Made by a program: the position numbers and the translations under genes. DNA of 64,000 nt from a virus, in the IMG/VR virus record IMGVR_UViG_3300033146_003479, positions 32,001 through 96,000 of that record. The stretch is one strand, 5' to 3'. Positions within the stretch are counted from its first letter, which is position 1. The number at the start of each line of letters is the position of its first letter. The notes beneath the pieces are model-generated. The model was not told the origin of the DNA. It made no database searches and saw nothing but the letters and a program-made list of their open reading frames with translations. Shown here in pieces: positions 57,684 through 64,000 of the stretch.

Positions 57684-58310
57684 ATGGCTAAACATGGAAT
57701 TATAGATAGTCGAAAGACATCGATAGTCTCATCTCCAGATAGTGGATATTTAAGATTAAAGGCGACAGAAAATAATACATTTGAAATTATTCGAGATGAT
57801 GGCACAAGAACTGATATTTCTGCTCCCTGGAGTTTACCAGTTGAGTCGAAAGTTATTGTTGATCCAACTACATTGACTCCATCTATTTGGCAACGATGGA
57901 TAGTTGGAATAGGTTCAACAGGAGATTGGAATTCTCATGATGACGAAATTGCTCAATGGAATGGGACATCATATGATTTTTTTATACCTGAGGTGGGCTG
58001 GGCAGTTTACGTTAAGGATGTTACTGGACTTAGTACCTTTGATGGATCGAATTGGAATGATTTGAGTGGAGCATCTAGTGGAATTGAAGAATTCTCGACT
58101 ACATTGACTTCGACTGATATAAGTAATGGTTTTGTTGATATCGGACAAACCATAAATAGTTTAGTAGATTTTAGAATTAGAGGAGCCGGAACTCAACATG
58201 AATCTTTAGATTATGAAATAGGAACTCCAAACAGTAGAGTTTCATGGACAGGATTGATATTAGATGGACAATTAAGAATCGGGCACGACATAGTAATTTT
58301 ATATAAATAG
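57684..58310 (+). CDS. DUF2793-containing virion protein
   Basis: RWIVG...GDWNSHDDEIAQWNG.SYDF.IP.VGW.VYV. Confidence 0.7.
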   Translation: MAKHGIIDSRKTSIVSSPDSGYLRLKATENNTFEIIRDDGTRTDISAPWSLPVESKVIVDPTTLTPSIWQRWIVGIGSTGDWNSHDDEIAQWNGTSYDFFIPEVGWAVYVKDVTGLSTFDGSNWNDLSGASSGIEEFSTTLTSTDISNGFVDIGQTINSLVDFRIRGAGTQHESLDYEIGTPNSRVSWTGLILDGQLRIGHDIVILYK

Positions 58311-58322
58311 GAGAACACAGAA

Positions 58323-59666
58323 ATGAGAATGAATGCTGAATGGATATCAAAGAATGGTCAACATTTTGATATATCACAAACTACTGACCTAACTTTACTT
58401 TTTAAACCTCAAGGTGGCTTGAACTCCGATGCTCAAGGTATTTATGTTGAAGGAACAATTTCCAATCTTCGGAGTGATGTTATTGATATTCAAGTCGATA
58501 ACACTTTGGATCCAGGTGCGACTCCAACAACAGGAGATAGATATTTATTAACTGACGTTGCAACATTGCATGCGAATTTTGGAACAATTGTTGGCATTGA
58601 AGATGATGATATTGTAGAATTCGATGGTTCGGATTTCGTTATAACTTTTGATGCAAGTGCAGATCAAGATGATAATGCTTTAGTTTGGGCAAATACTCCA
58701 AATCAATGGTGGCATTTTAATGGGAACGATTGGCATTTACATCAAGGACTATCATCATTAACAGCGGGAAATGGTCTTAATATTGCCGCAGGTCAGATTG
58801 ATTTGGTAATTGATAATGTTACAGGTGGAGATATTGCTCCTATTAATGTGAGTGCTAATGGAGTTGGAGTTGATGTTACCACATTAGACGGTGATCATTT
58901 GACTATTGATTGGGATCCAATTCATTATACTCCCGATGCTAGTTCAGCAGAAGCCGACTCAGTTGATGATTTGACCGCACATCTCGCAGGTATTGATAAT
59001 AAATTAGACGATATTGATGCCACTCATTTAGAACAAACTGTTACAGTGAATGGTCATGGATTTACAGTTAATCAAGTGGTGAGAATGAGTGGTAATTCTT
59101 GGGTTTTGGCTCAAGCGAATTCTGCAACTAATGCTGAAGCAATAGGAGTTGTCAATGAAGTTATAGATACTAATACTTTTGTGGTCGTAACTCATGGATC
59201 GTGTTTGAATCTTACAGGATTAACTGGAGATACCGTATATTATTTGGATCCAGTTACTCCTGGAGCATTAACTACAATTGTTCCGAGTTCAACTGGTCAA
59301 GTAGCCAAGGCTATATTATATGCTAAAAGTGCAACTGAAGCATATGTATATGATAGAATCGGAATTGAAGTTGCGGCTGATGATCCAGTTCCATATAGAG
59401 AGCATCATGTTATTACAGCAAGCGAAGAAACTGCTGGATTTTTTGTTTTAATGAATGTGCCAAGTAGCACATTGTTAGTTTCTGCGACTCCTGTGGGTGG
59501 ACCAGAACAAGTTAATCAAGATACTCCAGGTAGAACAGCAATGCCTGATTATCAGATATTAGGAGTAGGCTCAGATGAGTTTCATTTTAATAACAATGGA
59601 GTTGCTAGTGGATTATCTGAAAATATGGTCGCTGGGCATGAAATTATAATAGATTACTCTTACTAA
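58323..59666 (+). CDS. Virion protein (DUF2793-like plus cement/beta-tulip-like module)
   Basis: TTGDRYLL..DDDIVEFDG; HGFTVNQVVR..WVLAQAN...AIGVV. Confidence 0.55.
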   Translation: MRMNAEWISKNGQHFDISQTTDLTLLFKPQGGLNSDAQGIYVEGTISNLRSDVIDIQVDNTLDPGATPTTGDRYLLTDVATLHANFGTIVGIEDDDIVEFDGSDFVITFDASADQDDNALVWANTPNQWWHFNGNDWHLHQGLSSLTAGNGLNIAAGQIDLVIDNVTGGDIAPINVSANGVGVDVTTLDGDHLTIDWDPIHYTPDASSAEADSVDDLTAHLAGIDNKLDDIDATHLEQTVTVNGHGFTVNQVVRMSGNSWVLAQANSATNAEAIGVVNEVIDTNTFVVVTHGSCLNLTGLTGDTVYYLDPVTPGALTTIVPSSTGQVAKAILYAKSATEAYVYDRIGIEVAADDPVPYREHHVITASEETAGFFVLMNVPSSTLLVSATPVGGPEQVNQDTPGRTAMPDYQILGVGSDEFHFNNNGVASGLSENMVAGHEIIIDYSY

Positions 59667-59677
59667 GGAGACGAAAA

Positions 59678-61018
59678 ATGAATCATTCAAGTCCTAGAGC
59701 CAACTTTGGTTCCACAGCAGGCAGTGCATTTAGAATGAATTTGGGCATCAGAGGTATTATTGCAAAATATCCCGTTCAAATTGAAGAGAGTGAAGGAGTT
59801 ATTACAATTCGTCACACTTGCAGTTCTAGATTTTCTTTAGCAGTCACATCTCAAAATGATGAGACTGATGACATTGAAGTTGACTGGGGAGACGGTACAG
59901 TAACTCAAGAAACCCCATATGTTGGCTTGAATTTTCCAACACAAGAGGCTGGCGAGGCAGCCGCATGGCACCACACATATGCAGATGCTACTCCTAGAAC
60001 TATTACTATTACTCCTATATCGAACACTCAAATAAAAAGTTTTAGTATTCAACCTATGGCGTTTAGTTATGTTGGAGGAGTTGGTGAGGAATTTTATGAA
60101 ATACTAAATGTTAATCTTAGTGATGCTCCAGCCTTAGAGAGATTTAGAATATCTAAGCAGCCAAATCTGACAGAGATTGATATGAGTAATTCTATACAAA
60201 TTAAAGATTATTATGCGACTGATTGCGAAAATTTAACTTCAGTGTTGTTTACCTCAGGTGGAATGCAAAATCCATATGAAGTTTATTTAACTAATACTGG
60301 AATAACATCTCTTAATTTACCATCAATTTCTAAAGTTACTGGAATTAGAGTTGAGAGATCTGATAATTTAACCGAAGTTGATTTGTCATCTGAAAATAAC
60401 TATATATTGACTTCCTTTGGTAGTTGGGATTGTCCTAATTTAACTAGTATAGTGTTCGGTGACATTTCGATGCTGAATAGTGTTTCGGTAGGAAATTGTA
60501 ATTTATCAACTTCTACGATCAATAATATTTTAACTAAACTAGTTTATCAATGTGAGAATCCTCAACCTAATCCCGAGGAAGTTGCATCATTAGAGCAAGA
60601 TATTGTTAGATTGGAAGCAGATATAGATGCGTTGAATGATGATTTAACGCAAGCCCAAAGTGAATTATCTAACTTACAGACTATACTGAGTGGGTTGCAA
60701 GATGAGTTAGCATTATTAATCGAAGATAGTCCAGAGTGGATAGCAAAATACGATGAGATTTTGGAGATTGAAACTCAAATTGAATCTAAAAACGCTGAGA
60801 TTTACAATATAGAAAGTGATATCGCATCAACAGAAGATGCCTTGGAGTATGCTCAGGAGCAACTACAAGGGTTATATGACGATTTAGAGCCAATTCAAGG
60901 TAGTTTTAATTTTTCTAATAATCCTGGAGCAGAATTCTGTAATCAGACGGATGTCAATACACTAAGGGATACCTACGGTTGGGATATCGATGATGGGTTC
61001 GGTAGCGGAGGAGAATAA
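59678..61018 (+). CDS. PKD-like plus leucine-rich-repeat protein with coiled-coil insertion
   Basis: VDWGDG..HTYAD (PKD-like); LTEIDMS/LTSVLF/ITSLNL/LTEVDL LRRs; acidic heptad stretch before the LRR cap. Confidence 0.65.
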   Translation: MNHSSPRANFGSTAGSAFRMNLGIRGIIAKYPVQIEESEGVITIRHTCSSRFSLAVTSQNDETDDIEVDWGDGTVTQETPYVGLNFPTQEAGEAAAWHHTYADATPRTITITPISNTQIKSFSIQPMAFSYVGGVGEEFYEILNVNLSDAPALERFRISKQPNLTEIDMSNSIQIKDYYATDCENLTSVLFTSGGMQNPYEVYLTNTGITSLNLPSISKVTGIRVERSDNLTEVDLSSENNYILTSFGSWDCPNLTSIVFGDISMLNSVSVGNCNLSTSTINNILTKLVYQCENPQPNPEEVASLEQDIVRLEADIDALNDDLTQAQSELSNLQTILSGLQDELALLIEDSPEWIAKYDEILEIETQIESKNAEIYNIESDIASTEDALEYAQEQLQGLYDDLEPIQGSFNFSNNPGAEFCNQTDVNTLRDTYGWDIDDGFGSGGE

Positions 61019-61024
61019 CATCTT

Positions 61025-62272
61025 ATGAGATTAAAAAAGGCCTTTTTAAATAGAGATTTTTTGGATATAAATTCAGTTAATGCGAATAATTTATATTTCG
61101 ATGAGACTAGAGATATTAAAAGTGAAATTAATAGTCTTTCTGGTGACAACTTAACTATAGATGTAGTTAATGGAATCTTTTTATCCGGATGTTTGGATTC
61201 TAATAAAAATGGTCTTTATCTCTATGCAGGAATCATATCAAGTAAGCCGTATTATACTTTAGGTAACTATAGAATAATATGGTCGAATAGTAATTATAGA
61301 TGGGAAATACAACAAATAACTCCTAACGTTTTAGAGTTTCATGGCACATCTATTGAAAATCTTTCTCAACCATTTTATGATCCAACTTGGGTTGCCGATA
61401 ATGGAAGTGGGACTCCATCATTTTTATTGTCAGATAAACTTATCAAAAATAAAAATATTGATTATATCATAGATGATGATAATGAAAGCATTGATGGATC
61501 TAATACTCCAATGGTTGATCCTCATCGAGAATTGATTACCAGAGCATTTGCTGAGAGTATTGTGCAGAATGCGAATCATTGGACAAAAAATGGAAGTGAA
61601 TTGATACCTCAAGATGCGAATGTTAACGTTCTCACCTTGGATAGAAATCACAATGCTTACACGCAAGTGATGGTGAGAAATGAGAATTCTACTGGTAATG
61701 GAGCAGGGGCTCTTATTGAGATAAAAGGGTCAGGAGCCAATTATACTAATAATGCATATTTTGGAATTTATAGTCCGAATTTCTGGCTTTCTCAATTAGC
61801 CGGTAATTCGGTTCTTATGACTGATAGGAAATTAGTTATAGGAACAGTTGATGTAAATGAGTCTATTGAATTTTTAGTTGGAAATTCATATTCGAATCCT
61901 ATAGTAGTTGGTCATCTAAATCAAGATGGACTTCATTTAGATACTCTTCAAACGACAACAGTTCATCCAGCAAGTTATTATAACGTTTTCGTTGATGCAA
62001 CAACTGGATTACTATATGGTAGTAATACTGGAGCAACTGGGAATACTCCTAATATTGAAACATTTACGATTACATCGACAATAATTGCAAATTTATATAT
62101 TGATTTATCTGAAACTCCATCTTCCGATAATCATAATTCAGTGAATTTGAATGGATCAATATTATTCGAAGGATCAGGAGAAGATTATGAGATATCCAGT
62201 AACAGAGTGAGTTTTGACTCAAGTGTTAATTTAACACTTGGAGATAAAGTTCAAATAAAGTATAAATATTAG
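61025..62272 (+). CDS. Virion structural protein
   Basis: ELITRAF fibre motif; C-terminal EDYEIS.NRV.F...L.LGDKVQIKY module. Confidence 0.5.
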   Translation: MRLKKAFLNRDFLDINSVNANNLYFDETRDIKSEINSLSGDNLTIDVVNGIFLSGCLDSNKNGLYLYAGIISSKPYYTLGNYRIIWSNSNYRWEIQQITPNVLEFHGTSIENLSQPFYDPTWVADNGSGTPSFLLSDKLIKNKNIDYIIDDDNESIDGSNTPMVDPHRELITRAFAESIVQNANHWTKNGSELIPQDANVNVLTLDRNHNAYTQVMVRNENSTGNGAGALIEIKGSGANYTNNAYFGIYSPNFWLSQLAGNSVLMTDRKLVIGTVDVNESIEFLVGNSYSNPIVVGHLNQDGLHLDTLQTTTVHPASYYNVFVDATTGLLYGSNTGATGNTPNIETFTITSTIIANLYIDLSETPSSDNHNSVNLNGSILFEGSGEDYEISSNRVSFDSSVNLTLGDKVQIKYKY

Positions 62273-62282
62273 GAGAAGTATT

Positions 62283-62510
62283 ATGACTGATATATATATC
62301 ACAGAAGAGCGAGAGATTAAAGTTAGAGAGTTAAGTTTAGCCGCATTTATAAAAACCCATAATTTAATATTAAAACGAGTTGATAATGGTGAGTTTATAT
62401 TTGATAGTAAGTTGAGTTTAAGTGAGTGGAAAATGGAATTCCTAAAGTCAGAAAGTTGTAAGTTCGACCGAGAGGTTAGAGATTTACGATGGATTTTAAA
62501 AAACAAATAA
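62283..62510 (+). CDS. DUF5659-like small protein
   Basis: ELSLAAFI...EFIF pattern; AGGAG RBS. Confidence 0.5.
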   Translation: MTDIYITEEREIKVRELSLAAFIKTHNLILKRVDNGEFIFDSKLSLSEWKMEFLKSESCKFDREVRDLRWILKNK

Positions 62511-62522
62511 CGGAGACATACT

Positions 62523-64000
62523 ATGGCTTTATTAAGAGGTTCAACGCAAATACTTGATGCGAGTATAAATAGACCGAAATTGTCGGCTGATTTTTTAAAC
62601 GGTAGTAATTGGGATATTACAGATGGAAATAATAATTTTACGATCACTGGATTAGTCGCAGGTACAAATCCATTTGATGCAGTAAATTATCAACAGTTGA
62701 TTGACCTAATTGAAGGACAGAGAGTTCGTGAAGTTAGAGTTATCACAGACACAAATCAATCATTAACAGGAGCAGCCACTATTGATGGAGTAGTTCTTGC
62801 TGGTGACGGAACAAAAGCAAATTCAGATAGAGTATTTGTTCATGGACAAACTACTTCAACTCAAGATGGTATTTATTATGTGAATACTGGTGGAGCATGG
62901 GTTAGAACTGAGGATTTCGCATTAGGATTTGAAGCGAGATCGTGTAAGATCTTAGTATCAGAGGGAACAGTAAGTGCAGATACTCAATGGTTCATAACTA
63001 ACGATAAAGGTGGAGATGTTGTTGGAACAGCCAATTTAGTAGCAGTTCAAACAGGTTCATCAGGTATGTTAGGAGCCAACAATGGTCTTACATTGTCGGG
63101 TTCAGATATAATTCTTGGTGGAACATTGAACCAAGGAACCACTGTTGCTCAAGCAACTAATGCTCTAACTTTTTCAGGCGGAGCATTCACTGTTGATGGT
63201 GGAGCAACTGATGTGTTACTTCTTAGAAGTGGAGGAGATGTTAGTCTAGTTAGTGGCACAGGAGATGTAACAGTTTCATCTATGTCTGCTGATATTCATA
63301 TTAATGCACTTACAGTTGTTGATTTTTTTGACAATGAAATGCAAATGTCAACTTCTATGGGTGGAAATTTGTTACCATTAACAGTGACAACAACTGTAGA
63401 TCATGGTAGTGGTACAAGTGCCGGTGATTTAATGGACGATTTTGTTGCTACATTTACTGATATCGGAATCGTGAATGCTATTATGGAAAATAGAGATGCT
63501 ATTTCAGCAACATCTAGTTTGTATAGTGCGAATGGGACACTTACTGGAAATCGAGCAGTAACATTAGATGAGAATAGTTTAAGTTTTGTTGGTTCTCAAA
63601 ATGCAAATGAGATCGTAAGTTTTGGAGCAACATCAACTGAAATTAATAGTTTTGGTGTTAGTACAATAGCCAATATTACATTTACTTCAACTTCTGGTAT
63701 ATTTGAGGTTACATCAAGTAATTTTAATATAGGCAACACATCTAATGCTTATACTATTGGGCATCAGCCAGATGGAACGGTTGCTTTAGCGATAGCAACT
63801 ACGGGATATGTAGACTCTGCAATATCTTCGGGATATTCATTCTCAAATGGTCTTACATCAACTGGAAGTGGTCCTATAGCAGTTACTTTGGGAGGAAATT
63901 TAGATGCAGGTACAACTACAATAGGAGTTACTTCTGGTAGAAATTTAGATTTCATAGGTACATTTAGTGGACCAGGACAAGCAAGAATTCGTCATGAGAT
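62523..64000 (+). CDS. Virion/tail-fibre-like structural protein (partial, runs off right edge)
   Basis: Not in the track. GGAG RBS, ATG 62523: MALLRGSTQI...DAVNYQQL...LTG..TIDGV.L...DRV.V..QT...DGIY...GAW.R, a common virion module. Confidence 0.75.
   Translation, partial: MALLRGSTQILDASINRPKLSADFLNGSNWDITDGNNNFTITGLVAGTNPFDAVNYQQLIDLIEGQRVREVRVITDTNQSLTGAATIDGVVLAGDGTKANSDRVFVHGQTTSTQDGIYYVNTGGAWVRTEDFALGFEARSCKILVSEGTVSADTQWFITNDKGGDVVGTANLVAVQTGSSGMLGANNGLTLSGSDIILGGTLNQGTTVAQATNALTFSGGAFTVDGGATDVLLLRSGGDVSLVSGTGDVTVSSMSADIHINALTVVDFFDNEMQMSTSMGGNLLPLTVTTTVDHGSGTSAGDLMDDFVATFTDIGIVNAIMENRDAISATSSLYSANGTLTGNRAVTLDENSLSFVGSQNANEIVSFGATSTEINSFGVSTIANITFTSTSGIFEVTSSNFNIGNTSNAYTIGHQPDGTVALAIATTGYVDSAISSGYSFSNGLTSTGSGPIAVTLGGNLDAGTTTIGVTSGRNLDFIGTFSGPGQARIRHE

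Noticed and set aside
2403-63955. Many 60-140 aa antisense or overlapping ORFs in the track (e.g. 4246-4638, 11402-11812, 31804-32178, 43001-43306, 62231-62647)
   Set aside because: They are shadows of well-supported genes on the opposite strand or frame, with no RBS or motifs.
1-64000. Stop-codon reassignment (common in large phages)
   Set aside because: Conserved genes are full length in code 11, and TAG/TGA stops are followed directly by the RBS and start of the next gene.
1-64000. tRNA, rRNA or group I intron
   Set aside because: No cloverleaf or T-loop signatures were seen in the short AT-rich intergenic regions and no conserved gene appears interrupted. A tRNAscan/Infernal run would be decisive.
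1-64000. GC-skew inversion near 33.5 kb as independent proof of the origin
   Set aside because: The skew follows the coding strand, reversing locally at ruvC and the tail fibre, so it is confounded with gene orientation.

Overview
This very AT-rich 64 kb window is a fragment of a large lytic T4-like (Tevenvirinae-related/jumbo-type) myophage genome. It uses the standard code 11 and strong AGGAG RBSs. The left half (1-33.2 kb) is almost all minus-strand. It holds baseplate/virion genes (DUF4815, Ig-like, gp7-like, gp6, gp26/gp51, gp54-like), a putative lysis region, and replication/recombination genes (rnh, sigma factor, regA, gp62, gp44, primase gp61, uvsW, uvsY, gp32). One RuvC-like resolvase runs against this direction. 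Polarity switches in a ~0.9 kb non-coding region containing a 77-bp inverted repeat (each arm with two nested palindromes) around a 6x19-bp tandem array, an origin-like structure. The right half is almost all plus-strand. It holds an NAD-dependent ligase and a dense nucleotidyl-transfer/RNA end-healing cluster (dead HIGH-NTase paralog, HAD phosphatase, ligase-fold+HIGH-NTase fusion, CCA-type enzyme with HD domain, metallophosphoesterase, pol-beta-type NTase). These are followed by CoaE, an IMPDH/GMPR gene fractured by a natural split intein, a GT-B glycosyltransferase, candidate internal head proteins and tail-fibre/virion genes. Two promoter motif classes are visible. No tRNA, rRNA, CRISPR array, integrase or reverse transcriptase was seen. 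All family assignments are by motif recognition from memory; no database search was run.
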